This document shows positions 41,031 to 52,407 of a DNA stretch of 64,000 bases, one piece after another. Position 1 is the stretch's first letter, and each line of letters starts with the position of its first letter. Location of the stretch: NCBI GenBank assembly GCA_030141605.1, contig JAQGDQ010000029.1:310001-374000 (forward strand), read 5' to 3'. The notes beneath the pieces were generated by a model, which saw only the letters and a list, made by a program, of their open reading frames with translations, did no database searches and was not told the DNA's origin. The stretch comes from Tubiluchus corallicola. Taxonomy: Eukaryota > Animalia > Priapulida. A program made the position numbers and the translations under genes.

Positions 41031-42169
41031 GGTAGCTGTTACTGTTCAGCAAACATTAGCTTTCAAGTATGTCTATTCTTGTTTACGTCAATCTAATGAA
41101 TTATTTCTCTAGACATTTAGAGAACTTTTTAAAACTTTCAATTATTTTGGAACATACGATTTTAATTCAAAGTATTTCGTGTTTACAGGTAAATGCAACA
41201 AACGACAAACAGGCATTTTTATTAAATTTATTTAAAAAAGCGTCTATGTCAATGATTCGTTCATCTGATTCAGATTCGTCAGAGCATAATATTCGTCACC
41301 TTTGGTTAACCTTATCATAAATGATGAAATAAAATATTTTATAACAGTGCACAAGGAATTCGTCATATTAATTCAGGATTTTCGAACCAAAAAGAAAGAA
41401 CTGAATTGCGAAACTGAAATTGAACTAGCTTTAATAAATTTTATTTATGTTTACTTGAGATCGCAGTATGATAAAATAGATACTAATTATAAAGTATAAG
41501 GCAAACTGACGAAGCATAACATTTAACCTCAATAAAAATTCTCGCGTTTCTAAGCCATTCCCTTAATAATATTTACAAACGTTTCGTTAGAGATATACAA
41601 TATCATCACCGTATGTAATATATTTACATGCTACCTCGACACAATCTACTTAATTAATATTTTTAATTTTATTTTAACTTCAAAACATTATACCTTAAGC
41701 AATAATACACATGCAGGCACAGTTGGAAACTAATTATGCAGACATACTGTAATTCGCTACTTATAAGCACTAAAAAGGTTAAAAGACTACTAAAAAGACT
41801 ATTTACATAAATAATACCTAATATTATATAAATAATATAATATACAATGTTCTGAATACAGACTTTATACTCATGTAAAATACACGGTTTCATTTTTTTA
41901 GTATTTATCAAATGTGATGATAGCGTTGCTTTGATTGGCAGTCTGATAAAATCAAATTAAATCAAATTCAGATATATTTAGTGATCAAAATGGCGTAACG
42001 CTTCTTACAAAAGCGTTCGTTCAATCAGTTAGTCAGTCGATCAGTCAGTCGGTCAGTTATCCGTAAGTCAGTCAATCAATTGTTTAGTCAGTCAGTTAGT
42101 GGGCCAAAGTTGTCACGTTTCGCTGTGCCTACATGCAGCAGTTTACTTTTGTGTCTACTGATTTGTAAG

Positions 42170-42745
42170 GTAAAAGTTTTGTACCAAATAATATAAAAAT
42201 ATTTGAGTCATATTTTCTGACATAACAATAGAGATGATTTAGATGTACCTCGACAATGTTCAATTTACTATGGCGTGCCAATAAATTAATTATGAAATTT
42301 AGTCATTGTTCCGTTAACTTAAAGAGACAATTGTTTAATTACTTCTTAAATAATTATTGTTTAATTAAATGCTTACTGCTTAACTTTTTACTATTGTGTC
42401 CACTTGGAGACATTTTTTTTCTTACAATCTTACGAAAAGCAAAGTTGCGTATAATAATATCAGCGCGAAATATATTTCTAATGTACTTACTCTTATTTAT
42501 TTTGATTTGTGCATACTGCATATAGTTTATACGTTAGGCTGAATAAGAGTGACAATTTTATGTGCAAGAGCATTTTAAACAGTAATGTAAACTTTACATC
42601 AGAAACTAGACATCAATGGCAAAGTTTGTTATAGAGTTAATTGTTGTTTGTGTTATTGTCGTGCGCCATAATTTATTGTATTTTTTGCATTAGTTTGTGA
42701 TGTTTATATGATCTTTGTAAAGTTTGAAATAAAATATTAAATTAA
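42170..42745 (+). mobile_element. 5'-truncated, decayed LINE (CR1/L2-group) 3' fragment
   Basis: Frameshifted translation DDLDVPRQC / LLWRANKLIMKFSHCSVNLKRQLFNYF resembles the post-RT DDxDIxRQ...RANxLxxKFxxCSxxVKxxLF segment of CR1/L2-group ORF2. It ends with a T-rich tail and AATAAA near 42728. Confidence 0.6.
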
Positions 42746-43479
42746 TCAACCAAATTAGTCAGTCAGTCATTTGGAGAGTATGTCAACTAGTCGTTCTGGC
42801 TTATTGGCTAACATTGGTAAAATGATTATAGCATTTTACTTTCTACAGTATACTACAAAAGTGATGGGATGGACTCTACTATTACAGAGAATTAGTAGTA
42901 CAAAATTAGTCAATAATTAATATTTATCCCATACAGTTACAAACAGAAAAGAGATTAGTACTTTCCACGCACTATCTAATTTATGTTAAGGCACTTGGAA
43001 TACCACCAAAGTTTATAACAATACAAGTAATAATTATTATCGTTAATATATAAATGTAAAACATCATAAGCCTACATAAACTTGTTCATGAAGCAGTTGC
43101 TATTATATTTACGTGCACAATAACAAGTACAGATGTGTACAAGTGCTGCGTATTAGTAGAAAAGTAAATGCTAGGTGTTAAGATACTCCTCTCGATGCAC
43201 GGATAACCTAAACAAGTGCGTAGAAAAAATTTAACTTTATTGTAGACAGCAATCAATGTATTTCAATAGTTCAAATAGTTATTAAAGTTTTCTTCAATAA
43301 TGCTTGCGTTCCAGTTAAAATTAATGCTCTCTTGAAATGAGATTGTTAAAGAGCAGCACAAGGAAACCATTGCCAACCAAATGGGAGCGTTAAGCTCAAT
43401 AATAAATAAGTTGTTGCCATAAATAAGATGTATTAGGTATAACAATCACGCACAAAGAGGAATAGTTATTTTTCAGAAA

Positions 43480-44337
43480 TTACGTAATGTCGCCAGTAGG
43501 TGGCTGCACGGTCTCGCTGGTCAAGCTTCTTAAGAATGCCACCTTTTCATAGACTTCTTTCAGTCTTCGTTTTTGTTGTATCTTTTCTCTTAGAGCTATG
43601 AGTGTCGACAATCGGGCACCCGTTCCCGGACGGACATGCTTCCCGTTCAGTGGCCTGTAACGGGCGAACTTTTTCACCGGATCAGGATGTTTTGGACTCT
43701 TCCGTTCTTCACCTGTCAACTTACTGAGCCGAGAAAAGGGAAAGGCAGCTGGATATGAAATGGGTGGAAAAGGTTTTGAACCGTCACTTGCTGATTCCAA
43801 GAAATGTTCTCGTGTTTGTTTTATAGTGCTGCCTGCATCGTATTTTTTCTCTCTTGAAGGCGACATGTGTTCTTGCTTTTTCATTATAAATATGCTAGAA
43901 GGACGAGTAACATCAATGTCTGAACACTCGTCAGAGGACGCGCAACCATTTTGTTTATTACTTTCTGAATTTCTCGCCAGGGGCGCAACCGACAGCTCAT
44001 AGTTCATCACTAACATGTTTGCCAAACTCATATTCTGTAAGTTCTCTCGGTACAACGTCTCTATTTTTATCTTGGCCTCCCAAGCGCAGCGGAGGTGTTT
44101 CATGTACTCTTCTGCAGCCTTTTCCAGTTCAACTCGCTTTTCAACCACCTCACCCCAAACACCTCCTAAATGAGGTAAGTTAGACTTCAGGTAGTTTGCA
44201 TATGCTACGTTTTGCATGTTTGTCCAGATGTTGAAGAGAGAATTACCAAGAGGAATTTCCTTCCTCCCGTTTATATTACGATTGGTTGGAGATCTGAGGT
44301 CAACCGGCTCTTCTTCATCTTGGTAGTCAGTCATCAT
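43480..44337 (-). CDS. Uncharacterised 285-aa single-coding-exon protein; putative nuclear cofactor (PxDLx motif, coiled coil, basic C-terminus)
   Basis: 858-nt open frame with higher GC than its flanks. An acceptor-like tttcaatttaag| lies 3 nt before the ATG. N-terminal EEEPVDLRS, helical EKRVELEKAAEEYMKHLR, and C-terminal RPLNGKHVRPGTGARLSTLIALREKIQQKRRLK. Confidence 0.85.
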   Translation of the reverse strand: MMTDYQDEEEPVDLRSPTNRNINGRKEIPLGNSLFNIWTNMQNVAYANYLKSNLPHLGGVWGEVVEKRVELEKAAEEYMKHLRCAWEAKIKIETLYRENLQNMSLANMLVMNYELSVAPLARNSESNKQNGCASSDECSDIDVTRPSSIFIMKKQEHMSPSREKKYDAGSTIKQTREHFLESASDGSKPFPPISYPAAFPFSRLSKLTGEERKSPKHPDPVKKFARYRPLNGKHVRPGTGARLSTLIALREKIQQKRRLKEVYEKVAFLRSLTSETVQPPTGDIT

Positions 44338-44850
44338 AGTCTTAAATTGAAAGAAAAACTAAAAATATAACATGTGATCATCTAAAACAGTAACTAACTA
44401 ATCATGTAACGTTAGAGCTGGGATTTTGACTTAGCTTCACACGCTGGTCATTGAAAAGGCTAGCAGTATAAAAAAACAAAATGGCAATCGGAGAGTTTAC
44501 TTTGCGACAAACTGTCTCGAAAAGTGTGGTTCCATAGAAACAAAGGTCGTTTACTTTGCTAATTTTGCAAGTTTACTAACTCCCAGAACCTATATTAATA
44601 AATCAATCAGTCAGTCAGTAATTAAGGAAGTATCTCAGTTAACCGAAATGATTGAGAAACTCTTAATTAATTTGCAAATTAACTAGTAAGCTAGTCAACC
44701 GATCGACCAAGCAAGTAATTAAATGTCATTTTATTTTGTTCGCGATCTTTCTATAGTATGTTAAAATTTATATAAGTCGTTTTACGAAACTATGGGAGTG
44801 CGTTTAAACAAGGTTCGTTACAATGACAACAAGGCCAGAGTATCCTTACA

Positions 44851-45782
44851 CAGGGCCGGGTCTAGGTGTGAAGTAAAGTAAGTGTAAAGTAATTTTAGCG
44901 CCCCTCCTCAACTGCCCATCTCTTCCCCACGCCTCCCATATACCCCAACCACAAAATTGAATTTTTGTTGTGTGTAAAAAAGTATGATGGCACCTGTGAA
45001 TTAGGCATACGTATTGTAATTTACTAATTCACTGTTGTTAATGACCTATCTACAGCTTGTGTTCTATTCATAATTTCAAAACAGGAAATTTATGATCTTA
45101 TTGTATGTCCCGGAGATTCAAGAGGAATCAAAATTTCTGCAATTTCTTGTGTTCATGTTCACACTGTTCATGTACAAACTCTTGGCCAGAGTTTCTCTGT
45201 CTTTTAATCAGAAAATTTTTGAAACAGTTACTTCTCTTTTCCATACAGTGATTCCTAGCTTTATCATCTCCAATACCATAACTCTAGAAGGACTGCAAAT
45301 AGTTCATTAGCGAATCTTTTTCCTGCTCGGTGTCCCCCAGCTTTTTTACCTTCCTTTCCCCGTATTCTTCTTCGGAAAACTTTCATTCTTATAGATTCCT
45401 GCCATAATTAGATAAACGCTTGGCAAAAAGCTTTTTTTATTAAATGGAAGAGTCGTTACTTTCTCTGCTGCTCTATGTTTGCAATGTATAGTGTGGTCAA
45501 AAGCAGGATAACGCGTCTGTACTCTGACGTAATCTTAGGAAGCCAGGTAAAGCAAAGTGTTTTGCTGAGGGAAGAGACTCTCTCTTAGTGTAGATGGAAC
45601 ATATATTTGGACAGGAAAATAACGCAAGAGATTGTTTCATTAAATTAAAGTGTTGCGCATTTAAGCAATTACACATACTCTATGTTATTACTTGTAAGCT
45701 AAAGTTAAAAATTAAAGAATTACTTCCAGAATTTGGTGCCCAAGGCAACTGCTTAGTTTGCTTAGTGGTAAGGCCGGCTCTG
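44851..45782 (-). mobile_element. Non-autonomous hAT DNA transposon (932 bp) with 8-bp TSD
   Basis: Ends CAGGGCCGG... and ...CCGGCTCTG form an imperfect TIR. An identical 8-mer TCCTTACA lies at 44843-44850 and 45783-45790. An internal minus-strand remnant (KKAGDTEQEKDSLMNYLQSF) resembles a hAT transposase N-terminus. Confidence 0.88.
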
Positions 45783-48235
45783 TCCTTACAAGAGATTGCT
45801 AATCTGCCATTTCAAGACCCTTATGAAAGGCTTTGAAAATCTTTACTTTTGGAACCTAGCAAACCGTGAAGACACGACAGTAAATCAAATGTGCAGTAAA
45901 AAATCATTAATTTCATTGCTAATTCTTTACCATCGACTTAAACTACATTGTTTGAACTAGATTGCAAATTAAACTCATTAGAAAAATAATTGTAAAAATT
46001 AAAAAAATCGCTTAGTAATAGACAAAGTAACGGTAAAGTTTTATACCTCACGTGAACCGCACACTTCTTTGAAATGGTCCCTGATTCAAATTTTATTTGT
46101 TCACAAAAGGTATGCAGAAAAGCTTCACAAAAATGACTTTACCTAGCATGATGACTTGCCGCTTGAATATAAAATGTTTCCACTTACTTTGTGCTACATT
46201 TAACAACAGATGCACAGACCAGGTGGGCTTATGTGTGGTATGCGCAATCTCGTTATTATTTAAATCATCGGGGAAAGATGATTTAGTTAATAATTAATTA
46301 AGTAGCATTAATGACAACTGACTGAGCAGAAAAGCCATTCAGAAGAAAAGTGCATGCACTGTAATAAAGTCATTGCTCAAGCCGCCAAGCTTCCACGCAA
46401 TTAAATTAAGAAATTGGATTTGTGGCGATAATGCTCTTCAAATCAAAAATGTAAGCAAACACGAAAACAAGCAAAAAGTAAGTAGATGAATGAACAAGAA
46501 AATTAGTGAACAAATAAGCAAAAACAAAACTGACAAATAAACAAGCAAACGAATAAAGAAACAAATATGAAACAACGCGAAAAAAGCACCCATTAAGAGG
46601 AATTGTTTCACTTTTTCTTATTAATATTTCTTCTTAAAGTTTTGATAGCGAAAGAAAACTAAAGGTTAGTAGTAATGTTGCTTCATGATGATTGTTTCGA
46701 ATAAAAATCGAAAAATTGCAGCTAAAATCTATCTATTTTTCGTTAATTAATACTGTTGATAAGTTGTTTCGCTAAATAATACAGTTTAATAATGAAGTAC
46801 GAACTTGTAATATGATAATTCTGGATTACTTGTGTTTGTATTTAAAGTTTTCAAATGGTAGAGATTTTTGCAATATTATTGTCAGTATGTAATCAGTGCA
46901 CAAGCAAACAATATCAGAAAAACTATTTCAATGAAACTAGTTATGATTCACAAATTTTCAGGTTTCAATCTGTAAAATGAAAGCACCTTTAGCTGCCAGT
47001 ACAGGACTTCTACATGCTCATCCACTTAGACAAAGCGCAACAACAACAGTTACTATCGGCAAGTATTGACTTCATCAAAATAAAATTAATTTGAAAAATC
47101 AATGCATGCAGAATTGTAATGTTTGCCATTATTGATCACTTTAGCATTTATTTTTATGACGGCGTGATCATTAGGCAGAAGTCACTTAATTTAGTAAATT
47201 GATTGTGTCTTTATCAACAATGGTTTCCTATTGAGTGACAGATGTGTGTCGTGAAAAACGTTTGTGGTTGATATGTTGAATAATAAATGAGTGACTGTTT
47301 CTCTTTTTATTCTCACAATTTAAACTCCCCATTACAATTATTCAACTTATTTTCAGCAGAAACGTCCTTTTACTTACTTATTTCTTTGTTCTACTTTGAT
47401 TAATTTGTTTGCTTAGCTGTTGGTTATTCATTTTTTGCTTGTTTGTCTCCTAGTTGTTAAACGTTGTTTGGTAGGTGCCTGAATTGGTCGTTTTGGCAGC
47501 CAATCAGTCAGTCAACGAGTTGGTTGGTCTGTTGGTCCTTTTGCCTGCTAGCTATAGTCTATAAGTCCTATGAACGAATATAACAAATAAAATCGCCAAA
47601 AATGGGTTGTTTAACATTTGCCCATTTTTGGTACGAGCTGAGTTCTGCACCAGTACATCTTAATGATCAAATTGCTTAATTCTATAGAAAATTATTAACT
47701 TAACAATGCTTCAAACTTGCTAGTGAGCTCAGATAAAAAATCTGTGCATATTCTGTAAAGCTTTATAAACAAAATACTGGTGGCGATAATTAAAATTAGA
47801 TTCAATCAGTGAGAATTGCTTGATTAAATATTAATTGTGGCTTTATTGATGCTCGTGATACCTGGAATTAATAATTAATTGGTGCGAGCTTGCCTTGTTG
47901 GTAATATAATTGCACACCTTCAACTTTTATATTCCGAACAGTTTATTGATTCCTTTTTGCAATAAGAAAGTTCAGATGCAAATACATCTTGTCCAAGCAC
48001 GCAACGGCGACGGTTAAGATAGCGATGGCAGTGGGGTGGCTGTGATCATGGCGGTGATGGCTATGGCAGTAGTGGTGATGGTGGTAGCAATGCTTGTGAT
48101 GGAACTGGTGATGAAGATTAGGATGATAGTGATAATAGCGGGTACGGGCTCCACTATATATTTAATTTACAATGCGCTGCAATGTTTACTGCACATTAGT
48201 ACACTAGCTTTTTTAAACATTTCTAATTTTGCACT

Positions 48236-48597
48236 AACACATGGGTTATTTCGACACAGACGATTTTGGACACACAACATTTTGGGCACATAGCCTATTT
48301 TGACATGGACAGTGTGGGAACATGGGTCATTTGAGTAGGCCTACAAAAGAATTTGTACACATAGGTCATGTGGGCACATGGATTATTTCGACAGATGATT
48401 TTGGACACACAATATTTTGGGCACATAGTCTATTTTGACATAGACAGTTTGGAAACATGGGTCATTTGGGTAAGGCCTACAAAAGAATTTGTACACATAG
48501 GTTATGTGGACACATTGCCTATTCAGACACCCTTGTTTTCGACACATAGGAGAAGCATCCTGTGTCCAAATGTCTGTATCGAAATGTCTGCATACCA
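48236..48597 (+). repeat. Tandem ~138-bp duplication built from TTTGGACACA-like subrepeats; likely a MITE half
   Basis: Units ~48237-48375 and ~48376-48514 share GGCCTACAAAAGAATTTGTACACATAGG. The tract ends with the subrepeat inverted (TGTGTCCAAATGTCTGTATCGAAATGTCTGCATACC). Confidence 0.8.
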
Positions 48598-49536
48598 TGT
48601 TGAGGGTTTAAGGCGGAGTTGACTGTGCTACAGATAACAAATGAGTCTCATATGCTTATCCAGGTCTAAAGTTCAAATGCTGTTTCTTTAAGACCTGGGG
48701 TTTTTAACATTTCGCTTATGACTAACTTAGTAAGAAAGACTCATTTTACGCCAATAGATAAAAAACAGTGATAAGAAATTTAAATAACAACCAAAAACAT
48801 TATTTTCAAAATAGTGGTCATAGATTTCTTATGTTAATCATATATACAAATCACAAATATTCGCAGCGTCAAAGCCACATTTTTAAAACCATGGTTCCTA
48901 CGTTATTTGCACGTATATATATAAGCAAGGTCAAGAAACTAACTTTCTACAACACCCAGTTTACATATTTCAAATGTTGAACTATGTAACGTTTTTGGAT
49001 AGTCAACATTTTGTGTTAAATGCCATAAATCATTATAATAGAAAGTTGCTTATAATGATTATGTACAGCCTAATGTTTGATGTTTAATAATCATCAATCT
49101 TAATTCAATTCGAACTCGCATTAATTAAAAATTTTGTGTTATTAACATCACTAATGATAACATGTAAACTTTTCACAGAAACACGCAATAAGCCAAAAGT
49201 ACGTAGAAAACTAATATGCCAAGCAGTAACGTTAACGTCCCATATTAAAAAACCGTCTAATTAAACAATTGCTAAACAATCCTTAATTATCATAAGTAAA
49301 TATTTTCTTAAAAATACTTGAACCGTTTTTTAAGAAATATTTGAACAACAAGTAAAGCATTAAAAAGTCATTGCTTGTTAAACAATGTAAAATTACTTTG
49401 TTAAACAGTGATCATCATAACATCACAAGACGAATGTTCTGTTACATAATGGCGGAAGCATCACCAAACAGTGATCATTGTGTAATGTCAAGCAAGTACA
49501 TTGTTATAACGATGGATACAAAACGAAAGTTTGCTG

Positions 49537-49871
49537 TTAACAAGGCGTATACAATGCAAAATTTGTTTGCAACAGCTCGTTTGAGACAGTTTTTTGTTCG
49601 TCTGCGTTTGCCAATTTTGTCGTGTTGAATTTTCTGTCTGAGATAAATTCATCCTGCATTCGTCTAGGGGCTTGGAACAAAAATGTGTCTCAGACAAAAT
49701 CAGATTAGACCAATTGTTTGGTCACGTGCCATCTAATAATTGTTCGCTGAGGCTACTATGACACAGTTTGCTTCATATAAAAGTTACCGTTTGCGGAAAA
49801 ATTTTGTTTGAGACAATATGTACCGGACAAGTTGTTGCAGACAGGTTTTTACCGTGTGCGACTAGTGTTAA
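49537..49871. mobile_element. Degenerate MITE (Tourist/Harbinger-like)
   Basis: TTAACA at both ends. Left TGCAAAATTTGTTTGCAACAGCTCGT is similar to the reverse complement of the right end (GTAAAAACCTGTCTGCAACAACTTGT). Confidence 0.4.
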
Positions 49872-51962
49872 CAATCGCAAAGCAAATGCTCTGTTAACCT
49901 ACCATCAAAGCATCACCAAGCTAATGCTTTACTGAATAATGTCTTGAGCATTGTTTTGCTAAATTTTCATCAAAACGTCCAAAAATACTTTGTAACCAAG
50001 GTGTATGTTTACCGTTAAGAAATCGCTAACCTAATACTCCATCAAACAATGCTTAAGCAAACATGACGAGTCAAATACTTTGATCAGCAATGATAAAATA
50101 TTACCAAACTCGTGCATTGTAAACAATAATTAGAATACTATGACAGGCATTATTTGCAAATCACGCTCAATGCTTCAACAAGTAAAAACGTTTTGAACTG
50201 TTCTCAAAACGTGTCAAAGTTTGTTTTTTTTCGAAACAATAACTACGGTGTATCTTTTCGTAAACAAATAGTTTTTACGCAATTTACTGTTAACTTGGTC
50301 AGAAAAGGCGTAAATAGACAATAAACAACTATACTAGTAGGATACAACATAAATGATATGTACAACGCGTTGCCTTAATTAACGGCAACAATGCTGCATA
50401 ACAATTAAAGTACAAAGAACAAGCGGTTGAACGATCAAAGTTAATTTAACTATAATAACAATTAAACATGACCAAGTTTTATATTATTGCCAGTTTTGCT
50501 TTAATACGTGACACCCTTTTGAACAACATCATAACACTTCGGTTACAAAATTAATAACGTTTACCGTATTAATTTTCTTGCGGACAGATTTGTACTGCAA
50601 AAATAGCTTCGCAAAATACTTTCTTCTCACTATGTCAAATTATAACTCTTAGTCTCTCACTGAATTTAAAGCAATTGCGTAGTGTAGCCAATATAAAAAT
50701 TCGTATGTAATTTTATTATAGCAACTTATAATCGTTTGCAACGCGTTAGTGTTCACCATCTCAAATCGCAATCAAACTTTATTGCAAACTTCAAAATGTT
50801 GAAAAAAGAAGTGTCTTTTCAACATTTATTTCAAACATTAATTTACAAGTCTATCAAAGATCATTCTTCGGCATTTTGAGTTTACTTTACAAATGAACAT
50901 CGTGCATGACGAACCATGCTTTTTAGTACTGTAGTCATTCGGTGAAGTAAAACTCTCACAGATATACATTAATAATTTAATTAATCGTATAGACGCAGTT
51001 CGAAATTTTTGATACCATAATTATAAACAACAATGATAATCTAAAATTATATTACTCAGTAATAGGAGTAATCATAATTTCATTCACAAAAATTTTAGTT
51101 CTCAATGTTCTTAATCTTCGTGGTAATTTATTCCGCCTATAATAGTGTTAACTAAAAGGTGTTGAATTTTATTATTTATTATAGGATATGAAGATTACTG
51201 TAACTATATTCTCTGGCGCCATCTGTTAGTTAATTTTTAAACCTCTGACTATATAGTAGTAATCACTAAATGGTTTTAACTTTAATTAAGACAGCGAATT
51301 TACTTCAACACATTATTCTTGCATAAAATGACACTCTACAACTTTTTTGAGAAGTAGGTAAATTGAGGATTGTTAATTTTGTCAAGCTTTTAAATTAAAT
51401 AAAGCGCGTTAAATGATTGCCGCTATAATATCCTATTAGAAAAATAAATTGATAGAACCTTTATTTCATATAGATTTTATATTCAGAATTGAAAATTTCC
51501 GATTGTTCACACTTTTAGAAAAAACAATATTGTGCAACACCCTAATACTTCCTGTCCTTGCCAGGTCATGAATAAGAAGTAAAAAGTTTCTGCACTGCGT
51601 TCGAGGTACTTGATTGCTGACCAAAGCTAGCTCTTTGGTCCACTTGGTGAGACAGACGAACTAATTATAATCCTCTATTCATTGTTCACTCGAAATCACA
51701 TTGGATGTCAATAATTTACTTGTATATTTTTGTTTTCTGCAAAGAGAACAAGAAGAAAAAAAGAGCGCGAAGAAGTCTATCCAAAATTCAAGAATCCTTA
51801 ACGACTAGTTTCGTGGCTTAAAAACTTAGCTTATACTAAGCGACCAAAAACATGTATAGAAAGGCAGCTACTCATTCTTACACAACATACTACATTGCAC
51901 AATTCAAAACAAAAAAATTAATTAATAATTTTAAAAAATTGACATTACAACTAATCTTCACT

Positions 51963-52130
51963 ATCATCCTACACGCGTTTTACCCTACTAAAGGACTGCA
52001 GACAAAACAAACATAACATTATTCATCAAAACCCATATTTTGTGCAACTGGGTTTTGGTGAATAACGTTGTTTGATTTGTTTACAGACCCCGACGAAGCT
52101 CTTAACAGGACGAAACACGTGTAAGACGAT
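51963..52130. repeat. Imperfect 168-bp palindrome with a hammerhead-like/Penelope-type motif
   Basis: The outer arm ATCATCCTACACGCGTTT pairs with AAACACGTGTAAGACGAT. The inner arm ACATTATTCATCAAAACCCA pairs with TGGGTTTTGGTGAATAACGT around a 13-nt loop. Confidence 0.75.
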
Positions 52131-52407
52131 CAAATACACTGCACTAGTTGCTGCATTACAACGAATTTCAAATTACAACGAAACTGTCACAATAGACGCA
52201 ACATAGGCAAACAGAACTATATAATGAAACAAAATCTAACATTCATAGGCCATTTAGTTATTAGTTGCTTATATCGCGCACAAATCGACGCGCAATAATT
52301 TCACACATGCATTCATGCAATATCATTAATTTATCAAAAAAGTCGCACTCTCATTCACACAGTTACACACACACGCACTCACACACTCCCAACAAGTAAC
52401 GAAAGTG

